The translations under genes were made by a program, and so were the position numbers. 64,000 nucleotides of DNA from IMG/VR virus record IMGVR_UViG_3300036945_000641, positions 1 to 64,000 of that record. One strand, 5' to 3'. This document shows, piece by piece, positions 1 through 10,503 of the stretch. Each line of letters opens with the position of its first letter. Within the stretch, counting starts at the first letter, position 1. The notes beneath the pieces were generated by a model that was given only the letters and a program-made list of their open reading frames with translations, did no database searches and had not been told where the DNA came from. The DNA is from a virus.

Positions 1-1
1 A

Positions 2-808
2 GTAGTAGTTAGAGACTTTTTACAGCAAACTGGACAAGAAAAAACAGTTATTAAACTACATAAGGGAGACCTAACTAAAGGTGATCCTAATGTTTTGCAA
101 ATGGTAATAACTTCTGGAATTTTTCAAACTGTTGCTGTTCAAAACCGTCGTGAAAATCAAGAAGAATTAGGTAGTTTAGAGAAAAAGTGGAGTTTTACAG
201 AGGCGGTATCAAGAAATAATTTACTTAAGGCATTGGGCGTAAATTCAATGCAAGCTTTAGTAAATATGTTACTAAAAGTTAAATCTTCGCCCAGTACTAT
301 TGATGATATTACTACTCTTGTAGTGTCTGCACTTAAAGGTAAAAAAGCACCTAGTACTAAAAAATCAACTACTTTACTAAATAAATCAACGCCAGTTAAA
401 AAATCTCGTAAATCTGTTACTGTAGTTAATAAAAAAGGTCCCGCTTTAAGAAAAGACGGTGTTGGATTAGCCTCAAGTAGGGTTAACTTAGATTCTTTAC
501 TGCTACTAATCAACAGACAACTACAAGACGTTGTTAGTGCAAATATGGGTGACGGTACTAGCAAGAATATTTTAAATTACAGAACTGGCAGATTTGCAGG
601 TAGCGCCGAAGTTATTAAGCTATCCGAGTCTCGTAATGGTATGATAACTGCTTTTTATAGTTATATGAAAAACCCTTACGCAACTTTTAGTGAAGGCGGT
701 CGTCAGCAGAATCCTAAATCGCGAGACCCCAAGCTATTAATAAGTGGGTCAATCCGAGAAATTGCTGCTCAGCAGGTAGCAAACCAATTAAGGGCAGTAT
801 CAGTATGA
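2..808 (+). CDS. Tail completion/neck protein (T5 p143-like), 5'-truncated
   Basis: Frame is open from base 2. C-terminal LNYRTGRFA...YSYMKNPYATF...RDP motif; lies upstream of the terminator and major tail genes as in T5-like phages. Confidence 0.65.
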   Translation, partial: VVVRDFLQQTGQEKTVIKLHKGDLTKGDPNVLQMVITSGIFQTVAVQNRRENQEELGSLEKKWSFTEAVSRNNLLKALGVNSMQALVNMLLKVKSSPSTIDDITTLVVSALKGKKAPSTKKSTTLLNKSTPVKKSRKSVTVVNKKGPALRKDGVGLASSRVNLDSLLLLINRQLQDVVSANMGDGTSKNILNYRTGRFAGSAEVIKLSESRNGMITAFYSYMKNPYATFSEGGRQQNPKSRDPKLLISGSIREIAAQQVANQLRAVSV

Positions 809-1248
809 GCCGCAGAACATCAATAGTTACCGCACTAGCCGCAAAACTTAACACAATTAATGGTCAAGCACCATATACCACTAACCTATTTAATAACGCT
901 TATCCTAAACTTAAATTTTGGGATGAAGTTAATGACTTCCCAAGTGTTTATATAACACCTGGTTCAGAACAAAGAGAATATCAGCCAGGTGACTTTATTT
1001 GGGGTTACCTTGGAATATCTGTTAAAGTATACTGCAAAGGCGATGATAGTCAACAGCAGCTTGAAAAGCTACTGCAAGACATAGAAACTTGTGTAGACGC
1101 AAATCGTCAACTAAAGTACGATCCAGATATTAGAAACAACTTTGAAACAACAGAAATTTTGATTCAAAGTATAACTACCGACGAGGGTTTATTACATCCT
1201 TATGCAATCGGTGAAATTAATTTACAAGTCCGATATCAGGTCATGTAA
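805..1248 (+). CDS. Tail terminator protein (T5 p142-like)
   Basis: 147 aa with FWDEVNDFPSV and ITTDEGLL motifs; directly precedes the major tail gene. Confidence 0.75.
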   Translation: MSRRTSIVTALAAKLNTINGQAPYTTNLFNNAYPKLKFWDEVNDFPSVYITPGSEQREYQPGDFIWGYLGISVKVYCKGDDSQQQLEKLLQDIETCVDANRQLKYDPDIRNNFETTEILIQSITTDEGLLHPYAIGEINLQVRYQVM

Positions 1249-1322
1249 GCAACCGTGCTAAAGTGCTAATAACAGATAAATGTCTAGTTTATGTACTAAA
1301 GCATTAACAAAAAGGAAATGAA

Positions 1323-2549
1323 ATGGCATTTAATTTAATTCGTAACGCCAGAGTATTCTTTACCACTAAAGTTGACTCTTTTGGTGTGGTATCAACTGGT
1401 GCCGGAGCTGGCCCAGACATGACTACTACTGATACATTTGAAATTCAAGTATTGGATGGTTTAAGTTTTACTCAGAACACAACAACAGAAACTATTACAT
1501 TAAATGAAGCTGGTGGAACACCTAACCGTGGTCAACGTAACTTCAATACTGCATTAGAACCTGTTGACTTCTCTTTTAGTACTTATATTCGTCCACGCGA
1601 TGCTCAAAGTGCTGAAGGTACACACCAAGTTACTGCAGAAGAAAGACACTTGTGGAACGCTATGTTTAGTCAAGTTGCACTAAGCGGCGACTATAACTCA
1701 ACTGGTACTACTGCTTGGACAGACAGTGCTTCAAACGCAAGTACTACAACATACGCTGTAGCAACATTAGCACAATCTAACAAAAATCAACTATTACCAT
1801 TTGGTATGATTATTTGCTTGGACGACGCCACTTTTGTTATTGACAACTGTGTTATGGACTCAGCAACAATGGATTTTGGTTTAGATACAATCGCCATGAT
1901 TCAGTGGGCTGGTAAAGCCAGTGCTATTCGTCAGTTTGGTAAAACTAACTTATCAGACAACGTAGGCCTAAAGAAAACTGTAGCTACTTCTTCTAGCGAC
2001 AGCATCTTTGTTGGTGAAGCAGTACTAAAAGATACAAAAGCAGCTTATCTAGCTAACAAACTAAGTACAGTTACATTGTACAAAGATATTAACGGTAGTA
2101 CAGTTGGTCCTTACGATATCGCCCTAACAGGTGGAAACGTAACAATTAGTAACAACGTTACATATTTAACACCAAGTAACTTAGGTGTTGTTAACCAACC
2201 TATTACATACTTTACAGGTACTCGTTCAGTAACAGGTAGTGTAAATGCATACTTACGTACAGGTACATTGAGTGCAACAGCACTATACAATGCACTTATT
2301 ACTGCAAGTTCAAGTGATGTTAACCCAGCTTATAACTTAAAAATGAGCATTGGTGGTACAGCAAGTGCACTAACACGTGTTGACTTAGTAATGCCAGCGG
2401 TTGTGTTACAGATTCCAACAATTGCAACAGAACAAATTATTTCTACTACCATCGGCTTTACAGCTCAAGGTTCAGCTAGCGGTGCATTTGATATTGGTTC
2501 AAATAACGAAATCGAAATTCGTTACTTTGTAGCAGATACTGGCTATTAA
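1323..2549 (+). CDS. Major tail tube protein (T5 pb6-like)
   Basis: LIRNARVF, EIQVLDG, TLNEAG..P.RG...FNTALEPVDFSFSTYIRP motifs; strong RBS AAGGA; followed by a terminator. Confidence 0.85.
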   Translation: MAFNLIRNARVFFTTKVDSFGVVSTGAGAGPDMTTTDTFEIQVLDGLSFTQNTTTETITLNEAGGTPNRGQRNFNTALEPVDFSFSTYIRPRDAQSAEGTHQVTAEERHLWNAMFSQVALSGDYNSTGTTAWTDSASNASTTTYAVATLAQSNKNQLLPFGMIICLDDATFVIDNCVMDSATMDFGLDTIAMIQWAGKASAIRQFGKTNLSDNVGLKKTVATSSSDSIFVGEAVLKDTKAAYLANKLSTVTLYKDINGSTVGPYDIALTGGNVTISNNVTYLTPSNLGVVNQPITYFTGTRSVTGSVNAYLRTGTLSATALYNALITASSSDVNPAYNLKMSIGGTASALTRVDLVMPAVVLQIPTIATEQIISTTIGFTAQGSASGAFDIGSNNEIEIRYFVADTGY

Positions 2550-2569
2550 TTAATAGTTATTAGTTTTAT

Positions 2570-2601
2570 AGATACCGGCTTGATCACCGGTATCTCTTTT
2601 T
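2570..2601 (+). terminator. Rho-independent terminator
   Basis: AGATACCGG/CCGGTATCT stem followed by a T run, after the major tail gene. Confidence 0.75.
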
Positions 2602-2634
2602 AACCATCCATATAAATATATAACAAGGGCAATA

Positions 2635-3054
2635 ATGTCTACTCAACTTTCTTTAAAATCAATGCTTGTACCTAGTAAGACTAACGTAGTCGAATACCCA
2701 GGTATGCCAGGCTTTGAAGTTACTATTAACTTTTTAAGCCGTGAAATTTTACAATCAATTCGTAAAAAATCAACTAAAACCACATTTAAAAATCGCCAGC
2801 CTGTTGAAGAACTCAACGATGATTTGTTTTTGGACCTATACGTTCAGAACTCTATCAAAGGTTGGAAGGGTTTAAAAATGTCTTATCTAGAGCAACTAGC
2901 TCCAGTGGAAGTAAGTGCTGATCAAGCAAATACCGAATTAGAATATACACAAGACAATGCTCTTGCATTGATGAAAGCTTCTACCAGTTTTGACAGTTTT
3001 ATTAGCGAACAGGTCACAGATTTGGGAAACTTTTCGACGAACAAACAGAGTTAA
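2635..3054 (+). CDS. Tail assembly chaperone (gpG-like)
   Basis: Lies between the tube and tape measure genes; ends with the slippery site G GGA AAC. Confidence 0.8.
   Translation: MSTQLSLKSMLVPSKTNVVEYPGMPGFEVTINFLSREILQSIRKKSTKTTFKNRQPVEELNDDLFLDLYVQNSIKGWKGLKMSYLEQLAPVEVSADQANTELEYTQDNALALMKASTSFDSFISEQVTDLGNFSTNKQS
3024..3030 (+). promoter_or_regulatory. Programmed -1 ribosomal frameshift site GGGAAAC
   Basis: X XXY YYZ heptamer in the correct phase; the -1 frame has no stop from 3030 into the ORF at 3099. Confidence 0.85.
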
Positions 3055-3098
3055 TAATTAATTCTCTGGAAAACTATTTTCAGAATTCTGACGTTAGC

Positions 3099-3428
3099 AT
3101 GACTAAAGCTCAGTATTTTGAAATGTGTGAAGCTTTTGGTACTGAGCCTGTAGAGGCTGAGATACCGGTAGAAATGGATGATTTTCCTGTTGAGATTCAG
3201 CAGGTATTTAGCATCTATTTTTTAATGAGCGATATATGGGATGGCATGAGTGGAACTTATCAGGGTAAAAATACTTCAATTGTTTTTGAATTACTAAACA
3301 TCTATGATATTCCACACGAAGACAGACTAATATACTTGACATTTATACGCGCTATGGATAATATCCGTAAACGTCTAATAAATGAAAAAGTAAAGCAAGC
3401 TAGCGATAAAAAGCCCTCAACTTCTTAG
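3099..3428 (+). CDS. Tail assembly chaperone extension (gpT-like), probably made as a frameshift fusion
   Basis: In the -1 frame relative to the upstream ORF and open from the slippery site. Confidence 0.75.
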   Translation: MTKAQYFEMCEAFGTEPVEAEIPVEMDDFPVEIQQVFSIYFLMSDIWDGMSGTYQGKNTSIVFELLNIYDIPHEDRLIYLTFIRAMDNIRKRLINEKVKQASDKKPSTS

Positions 3429-3442
3429 TTGTGGGCTTTTTT
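3408..3442 (+). terminator. Rho-independent terminator
   Basis: AAAAAGCCC...GGGCTTTTTT hairpin. Confidence 0.8.
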
Positions 3443-3462
3443 ATTGCTTGAAATTTTTTGGT

Positions 3463-3491
3463 TTGACATTAGCCAGCGCCCATGATATAAT
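3463..3491 (+). promoter_or_regulatory. Consensus sigma70 promoter for the tape measure operon
   Basis: TTGACA-N17-TATAAT with extended -10 TG. Confidence 0.9.
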
Positions 3492-3555
3492 GAGGGACAT
3501 CTATAAATATTTGCTATGGCTTTCGTACTGTAGTGATATAATGCTGGGAGAGTTC

Positions 3556-6500
3556 ATGAGTAATGACACAATAAAAGTCGGTATTGACGTAAGTTCTAAT
3601 GGTACTTTACCAAGAACTGAGAAAGAAGCCGCAGCTGCTAATAAACAGCTAGAAGCATTAGCTAAAAATGCTACACGTGCCAGTAAAGCCGTTCAAGAAG
3701 GCGGTACTGGCGGTAGCCGTAAAGCTGCGGCTGCTGCTATGGATAATACAGGATATAAGAATTTACAAGGTACCGCACAAACTAGTGGTGCTAGTGGGCG
3801 CGACTTTGCTAAACAAGCACGAGGTGTTGATGGTTTAGTACGCGTGTATGCAATATTTGCTGCAAACTTATTTGCTGTAAGTGCTGCGTTTAATGCTTTA
3901 AGAGAAGCTGCTGCTACAGAGTCTATGGTCAAAGGCCTTGACCAACTAGGTGCTGCGAGTGGTCGTAATTTAGGCACTCTTTCTAAAGAGATTGCTAAAA
4001 GCGTTGATGGTGCAATCTCTTTAAGAGAAGCAATGACTTCTGTAGCTCAAGCTAGTTCAGCTGGGTTAAATACTACACAAATAAAAGACCTAGCTCTAGC
4101 AGCTAATAAAGCATCACAGGCTTTAGGCCTAAACATGTCTGATGCTATGAGTCGACTAAGCCGTGGTATTAGTAAGATTGAGCCAGAACTATTAGACGAA
4201 TTAGGTATATTTGTTAAGGTGGATGAGGCCTCACAAAAGTACGCGCTGTCAGTAGGTAAGACTGTAGCTTCGTTAAGTGACTTTGAAAAACGTCAAGCAT
4301 TTGCTAACGCTGTACTAGACCAAGCTAAAGAAAAATTCGCAGCTATAGATGTAGCCGCGAACCCATATGACAAACTATTAGCCAGCGTACAGAATTTAGC
4401 TACTTCTGGTTTAGAGCTTATAAACAAGTTTTTAAGCCCTGCAGTAAAGTTTTTAGCAGAGTCACCTACAGCTCTTGGCGCAGCATTTGCAGGAATTATA
4501 TACTTGTTATTAAAGCAAGCTATACCTGCAATTGGAGAATTACGTAAAGGCTTAGAAGACACTAAGAAAAAAGCAGCTGATGCTGCTCAAGCATTTTCTA
4601 AATCTTTTCCTGATAACTTCCAAGATAAGTTAGCAGAAAGATTTAAAATACCTGACCTTCAAAAGGATGTTGCTCGTGCGGAAGCTAGTTTAAATAAATT
4701 AGGTAAAAACTCTGCTTTAGATAAAACCTCCGTTGGGGTACTAGCACAAGCTAGTGAAGCAGATGGTAAAGCTTTAGCTAAAGTTAACGGCATATTAGAA
4801 AATCGTAATCAGATTATTGCAACAGGTAAAAAAGGTACTAAAGAAGCTAGCGAAGCACAAATTGCTGCTGCAAAAGCTGATAAAGCATATATTGAATCAG
4901 TTATTGACCTATATAAGAAGCGTATGGCTTTAAGCCAAGGATTTGACAAAGCTGAAACAGTTGCTAGCAAATCTCAAAACAGATTTGACCCAGAAATTCT
5001 TGCTTTAAACAAATACACTAAATTACGCACAGAAGTTACTAAGAGCGAGTTAGTGGCTAACGCAGCAGAAACTGCTTCTGTACTTGGTGTAAGACAAAGT
5101 TGGGCACTATTAAATGAGCAGGTTAAAAAAGAAGGACTAACAGGGTTAGATAAATATACTACTTTAGCCAAAGGCGGCTTTGCGGCAGTAACAACTAGGA
5201 TAATGGGTGTAGTAGGTGCATTAGGAATGGTAGGTCAAGTAGTAGGTGCTGCGGTAGCATTATTTACTTTATTTGATAGCTATGCTGCAAAAGCTGCAAA
5301 AGAACAAGAAGCTTTTACTCTTGCTACAGAATCTACAACTGCAGCACTAAAAGGAGTTAATGATACTTTTGATCTTTATATTAAAAAGAAAAAAGAGTCT
5401 TTTAGCTTAGAAAGTATTGTAGCATTTACTAATGCATTAGGCGGGCTAACAGACGCGTTCGAAGCTCAAATAGTGGCTATTAGAAAATTTGACGCTGCTG
5501 CTAAAGGCTGGGACACTTTTAAAGACAATTTCTCTAAACTATGGGGCGGAGATAATGCAACAAAAATTAAAGAGAGTGCTAAACAAACTGTAACTGGCGT
5601 AATAAAAGCATTAGAGTTCAGTTCTTTTAAAAGTGAAAATGAAAGCATAATTGCAAAAACTCTTGGATTAACTGATCCTAACTTGCTTAACGATACAAAA
5701 GCTTTATCTGATGCAATAGATGCTATACCAAAAGCAGACTTACTACGTAAGTTTGACGAATTAAGAAGTAAACTAAAAGCTATTCAAGATCAAGAGCAGT
5801 ACTCTACAAATGCAGCCAAAGCTTTTGCCGAGAGTTTGAATACTGTTGCTAAACTTACAGATCAGATGATTCAAGCTAATGCTTTTACAGATTTACAAGG
5901 TAAAATGGGTGTAGAGTTAGTTCAAGCTTCTGATAAATTAGCACAAGCATTACAAGATCCACTAAAAGCCCTTGTAGAGATAGATAAGTTAAGTAAAGAT
6001 CCTAAAGCATTAGCAGCATTAGGAAGTAGCATAGATATACAGGCATTACAAGATGCTGGAAAAGCAGTAAAAGAAATAACTAAAGCGGAAAAAGCTTTAC
6101 AAGAAGCAAGAAATGCAGCTGCTGACGCTAAAGCTGGAAAAGGTGCTTTTGGTTCTGCTAAGAATGTTACTGGAGTAGCTGGTGAAACAACTGACTATAC
6201 TCCAGACGAACTAAAAGCAGCCATACAAAAAGACATTGAGGCTGCAGACAGTGCCGTTAATAAGGCTATAAAAGATTTAAACACTGCAAAAGCCATTGGA
6301 AGTAGATATGCATTAGACCAAGTAGGTTTAGTTGAAAAAATTGCAGCCGCTGGTTTAGAAAAAATCGAAACAGGTCTTAGAAAAACTAAAGAGTTAGCTG
6401 CGATTGAAGTTACTAAAAATAAATTATCTTTTGCCTCAAGTGCAGGATTTGACACAAGTTCTGCTGAGTATAAACTACGTACACAAGAATTAAATATACA

Positions 6501-9500
6501 AGCTGAACTAGTTCAGGCTTCGTATAATGCCCAAATACAAACCCAGAAAAACACAGATATACTTGCACAACTAACTGCAGTTGAGCAATTACGTCTAGCT
6601 GAAGAAAAATTAAAAGATCCAAAAGCTAAAGCTGATGAAATAATGCTTGCTGAGCAAATGCAGAAGTCAGCAATGAGATCTATTCGTTCGGCTGTAGCAA
6701 AAGATCTAATAGGTCAAAAAGTTTCCGAAGATCAAGTAAAAGCAGGCTTAGGTGGTGGAGAAGAAGCTGATCGCGCAGTTTTAGCAGCAAAATCATCAAT
6801 TAACTCCGATAGTGTGGCTGCAAAACAAAAAGAAGCTGCATTAGCTCAAATTAATGCACAAAAGAAAATTGCTCTTTTTGACAAAGAAACTAAAGCAGCA
6901 CAATATACTGCAAAAGTAGAGCAAGACAAAATTGCTATAGATAAAAACCGACTAGAGATTCAAGGACAGCTACTATCTACAGTAGAACAATTAAATTCTT
7001 ATAGTTCAGCCAATTTAATCGACTCAAAAGCAGCCAATCAAGAAGCAATATTAGCAGACGAATATAAATCAAAAGAAGCAGTTTTAGCAAAAGAGCTTGC
7101 TGATATAAACCGAGCCTATAGCACGTCACAAAAAGAACTTAGTACAGAAAACTATTTAGACTTAATAGATCAAAATACAGAGAAATTAAATAATCTAAAA
7201 CTTGATCAGGCCGCTAAACAGTTTGCTATTGATATAAATAAAATTAAAGCAAAAGGTGCGGCTGTACAAACTGAATTAGCTTTTAAAGCAGGTATTGAAC
7301 AAGAAAAATTAGCTGTAACTAATTCTATACAAGAAAATAAATTAAGTGCTGCACAGAAAGAACTTGATCTAAAATCACAGCTTGGTTATGTTGACGAGCT
7401 TACCTTAAGCAGATCAAAAACTCAAGCTGATCTTGACATTCAAAAAATAAAGTTCTCAGAACAAGAACTAAGACTTACTAACGAGCTAAATTCTAAGAAA
7501 GCTGCGGAACGTACAGCACAAGCAGCATATGACGCAGCTAAAAAACTAATCGCAGTTAATCCTACTGATCCTACGGCTCAGCAGGCAGTAAGTACTGCAG
7601 GCACAGCATTAGAAAATGCTAAAGAAGAAGTAAGTTTAGCAGATAAGAGATTAACTACTAATACTACACTAAATACTATTGCAAAAGATAGTATTAACTT
7701 ACAAGGTCAGTTAAATGAGCAGCTTATTAAACAAGCACAACATTTAGCAGATATTAAAAGTGTAGCTGAAAGCCTAGGTAGTGTATTTGGGGATACAGGT
7801 AAAGCGGTTGGCAGTGCTGTATTAGCGTTTGATGAATTAAATACTAATCAAGCAAAACGTACTGAAGCTCTTAAAAACACAAAACTTGAAGGTGCAGAAT
7901 TAGCAAAGTTTCAGAGTCAACAAGCACGTGCTGAATTAACAGACCAAGCTAATGCAGTTAATGCTACTAAAAAGCTATTCAAAGAAAAAACTTTTGCTTA
8001 TAAAGCACTAGATAAAATTGAAAAAGCAATGCACCTATATAAAATGGCTATGTGGGTCAAAGAAGTTGCAATGGAAGGCTGGGCAACAGCCATGTCTATT
8101 AAAAGTTCTTTTACTAAGTCAGGTGCAAAAGTAGTAGAAGCGGGTATTGACGGAGTAGCTGCGGTTGTAAAGGCTATTTCAAGCATGCCATTTCCACTTA
8201 ATATTGCTGCAGGTGCCGCCACAGCAGCAGTTGTAGCAGGATTATTAAGCCAAATTGGAGGAAGCTTTAGTGGTTCTCCTGCAAGCGCAGGTTTTGCCAT
8301 GAACAGCGAACAGCGTCAAGAAACTCAAGGTACTGGAACAACGTATAACTCCCAAGGTGTTAAGGTTGAAACTGGTAGCGGAGTATTTGGAGATAGTTCT
8401 AGCAAAGTAGATAACATTAATAAATCACTAGAGATTATTAAAAATAATTCTATTGAAGGATTAAACTACGACAACAGAATGTTAAAAGCATTTGAAAGAT
8501 TGTCTAATGCACTAACAGGTGCAGCAACAGCAATCTATGCAATTCCTGGGTTACGTCAAGGCGGAACAGGTTTTGGTAGCATGACAGGCACTACCAGCGA
8601 CCCTGGGTTTTTAGGCAGTATCCCAATTGTTGGTAAAATTTTAGGCAGCGTATTTGGTGGTGGAACAAGTGCTAGTTCAAGTGTTGAAAGCGCAGGTATT
8701 CAGCTAAAAGGTAGTTTTCAACAATTAATTGATGATACTACTGGTAGTGTTAAACAATATAAAGATATTGTTACACAATTCCATAGAGATGGTGGTTGGT
8801 TTGGTAGTGACGATGACTGGACAGAACGTCGCCGCGAAACAGATAGTATTGGAGAACAAGCAGCTAGATCTATCAAAGACATATTTGTTGAAACAAAGAA
8901 TATGTTTACTGCTATTGGCGAACAAGCAGGAGTTACGGCAGCCTCGGTACAAAGTGTATTTAATACTATGAATACCAACATTGACATTGACTTAAAAGGT
9001 TTAACTGGTGATCAAATTGTAGCGGAATTAAATGCTGTAATTGGGAGTAAGTTAGATGAAGCAGCCAAAACATTGTTCTCTAGTTTTGATCAGTATAAAA
9101 AGTTTGGCGAAAGCTACTTGACTACTGTAGTGCGCGTTGTAGATACTAATACTAAGATCCAACAGGTTCTTACAAATATGGGTATAGACACAGTAGTTAC
9201 TAGAGTGTATCAAATTACTGAAGGTATGGCCAATGCCGCAGGCGGCTTAGAAAGATTTGTTGAGCAGTATGATTTCTTTAAATCTAACTTCTTAACAGCA
9301 GCTGAGCAATTAGTACCTGTACAAAAAGCAGTAACCGATGAATTAAACCGCTTAAATATTAGCACAGATATTAATCGTCAAGGATTCGTAACACTAATTC
9401 GATCATTAGATCTTACTACTAAAACAGGTCAAGAAACTTACCAAGCACTAATGAATTTAGCACCGGGTATTGACCAAGTGTTTAAAGCTGAAGAAAAGAG

Positions 9501-10503
9501 ACTTGATGAACGTGCAAGCTTGCAAAAGAAAATTCTTGAACTTGAAGGCAACACAGTTGCACTACGAGAAAAAGAATTAGCTGCACTAGATGCAAGTAAT
9601 CAGGCACTGCAAAAACAAATTTGGGCTATAGAAGCACAACAAACAGCTGCAAAAAATCTAAAGTCTAATTTAGACAATGTTACTAAAACAATCAAGTCAC
9701 AGATTCAAAGTTTAAGTGATTATAAAAATGCACTAATGAGCGGCGATAAGAGTACATTGACTACAAGTCAACAGTATCAATCTGCAAAATCTGATATTAC
9801 TACACTACTGTCTGTGATAAATTCAGCACCAAAAACAGTAGAAGAGGAACAAGCACGTAATACGGCTATAGGCAAGTTATCAGGACAAACTGATAGATTC
9901 CTTGCACTAAGTCGTGAATTATTTGCCAGTGGTAGCCAATATACTGCAGACTTTAATAGTGTACTAGGTTACGTTGATTCAGCTGGCTCAATGCTAACTA
10001 AACAACTAACTGACGCAGAACTACAACTAAAACAATTAACAGACTCTAATACATTCTTACAAAGTATTGAAGCATCTAGTAAAACTACTGCAGAACTACT
10101 TGCTGAATATAATAGATCTGTGCTAGCTCTTGCAGCTACAGGGTACGGTAGCGGAGGATCTTCTAGTTCAGATGTAGGGGGTGGATTTGCAGCAGGTACA
10201 AACTATGTTCCAAACGACATGATTGCTCAAATCCATCGCGGTGAACGTATTATTCCTGCAGCAGATAACTTTGTGTTAATGTCTAGACTAAGTAGCACTG
10301 ATAATTATACTCGTGAAATGACTATTCAAATCCGTGAACTAAATCAGAAAATAAGTAGTTTAGAGCGTACAGTTGCTGACGGTGCTATAATGAACGTTCA
10401 AGCCACAAATCGCAATACTGAGCAAATTGCAGAAGCAGTTACAGTTAGTTCTGATAAAACTGTTCAGGTAGCTCGTATTCAAAATAAGGCAATTATTAAA
10501 TGA
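3556..10503 (+). CDS. Tail tape measure protein (~2315 aa)
   Basis: Very long Ala/Lys/Glu-rich helical protein with hydrophobic segments and a C-terminal FAAGTNYVP..IHRGERIIP motif. Start moved to ATG 3556 (GGAGA RBS, downstream of the promoter). Confidence 0.9.
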   Translation: MSNDTIKVGIDVSSNGTLPRTEKEAAAANKQLEALAKNATRASKAVQEGGTGGSRKAAAAAMDNTGYKNLQGTAQTSGASGRDFAKQARGVDGLVRVYAIFAANLFAVSAAFNALREAAATESMVKGLDQLGAASGRNLGTLSKEIAKSVDGAISLREAMTSVAQASSAGLNTTQIKDLALAANKASQALGLNMSDAMSRLSRGISKIEPELLDELGIFVKVDEASQKYALSVGKTVASLSDFEKRQAFANAVLDQAKEKFAAIDVAANPYDKLLASVQNLATSGLELINKFLSPAVKFLAESPTALGAAFAGIIYLLLKQAIPAIGELRKGLEDTKKKAADAAQAFSKSFPDNFQDKLAERFKIPDLQKDVARAEASLNKLGKNSALDKTSVGVLAQASEADGKALAKVNGILENRNQIIATGKKGTKEASEAQIAAAKADKAYIESVIDLYKKRMALSQGFDKAETVASKSQNRFDPEILALNKYTKLRTEVTKSELVANAAETASVLGVRQSWALLNEQVKKEGLTGLDKYTTLAKGGFAAVTTRIMGVVGALGMVGQVVGAAVALFTLFDSYAAKAAKEQEAFTLATESTTAALKGVNDTFDLYIKKKKESFSLESIVAFTNALGGLTDAFEAQIVAIRKFDAAAKGWDTFKDNFSKLWGGDNATKIKESAKQTVTGVIKALEFSSFKSENESIIAKTLGLTDPNLLNDTKALSDAIDAIPKADLLRKFDELRSKLKAIQDQEQYSTNAAKAFAESLNTVAKLTDQMIQANAFTDLQGKMGVELVQASDKLAQALQDPLKALVEIDKLSKDPKALAALGSSIDIQALQDAGKAVKEITKAEKALQEARNAAADAKAGKGAFGSAKNVTGVAGETTDYTPDELKAAIQKDIEAADSAVNKAIKDLNTAKAIGSRYALDQVGLVEKIAAAGLEKIETGLRKTKELAAIEVTKNKLSFASSAGFDTSSAEYKLRTQELNIQAELVQASYNAQIQTQKNTDILAQLTAVEQLRLAEEKLKDPKAKADEIMLAEQMQKSAMRSIRSAVAKDLIGQKVSEDQVKAGLGGGEEADRAVLAAKSSINSDSVAAKQKEAALAQINAQKKIALFDKETKAAQYTAKVEQDKIAIDKNRLEIQGQLLSTVEQLNSYSSANLIDSKAANQEAILADEYKSKEAVLAKELADINRAYSTSQKELSTENYLDLIDQNTEKLNNLKLDQAAKQFAIDINKIKAKGAAVQTELAFKAGIEQEKLAVTNSIQENKLSAAQKELDLKSQLGYVDELTLSRSKTQADLDIQKIKFSEQELRLTNELNSKKAAERTAQAAYDAAKKLIAVNPTDPTAQQAVSTAGTALENAKEEVSLADKRLTTNTTLNTIAKDSINLQGQLNEQLIKQAQHLADIKSVAESLGSVFGDTGKAVGSAVLAFDELNTNQAKRTEALKNTKLEGAELAKFQSQQARAELTDQANAVNATKKLFKEKTFAYKALDKIEKAMHLYKMAMWVKEVAMEGWATAMSIKSSFTKSGAKVVEAGIDGVAAVVKAISSMPFPLNIAAGAATAAVVAGLLSQIGGSFSGSPASAGFAMNSEQRQETQGTGTTYNSQGVKVETGSGVFGDSSSKVDNINKSLEIIKNNSIEGLNYDNRMLKAFERLSNALTGAATAIYAIPGLRQGGTGFGSMTGTTSDPGFLGSIPIVGKILGSVFGGGTSASSSVESAGIQLKGSFQQLIDDTTGSVKQYKDIVTQFHRDGGWFGSDDDWTERRRETDSIGEQAARSIKDIFVETKNMFTAIGEQAGVTAASVQSVFNTMNTNIDIDLKGLTGDQIVAELNAVIGSKLDEAAKTLFSSFDQYKKFGESYLTTVVRVVDTNTKIQQVLTNMGIDTVVTRVYQITEGMANAAGGLERFVEQYDFFKSNFLTAAEQLVPVQKAVTDELNRLNISTDINRQGFVTLIRSLDLTTKTGQETYQALMNLAPGIDQVFKAEEKRLDERASLQKKILELEGNTVALREKELAALDASNQALQKQIWAIEAQQTAAKNLKSNLDNVTKTIKSQIQSLSDYKNALMSGDKSTLTTSQQYQSAKSDITTLLSVINSAPKTVEEEQARNTAIGKLSGQTDRFLALSRELFASGSQYTADFNSVLGYVDSAGSMLTKQLTDAELQLKQLTDSNTFLQSIEASSKTTAELLAEYNRSVLALAATGYGSGGSSSSDVGGGFAAGTNYVPNDMIAQIHRGERIIPAADNFVLMSRLSSTDNYTREMTIQIRELNQKISSLERTVADGAIMNVQATNRNTEQIAEAVTVSSDKTVQVARIQNKAIIK

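Noticed and set aside
3448-3555. N-terminal extension of the tape measure ORF in the track
   Set aside because: It overlaps a perfect promoter; ATG 3556 has an RBS.
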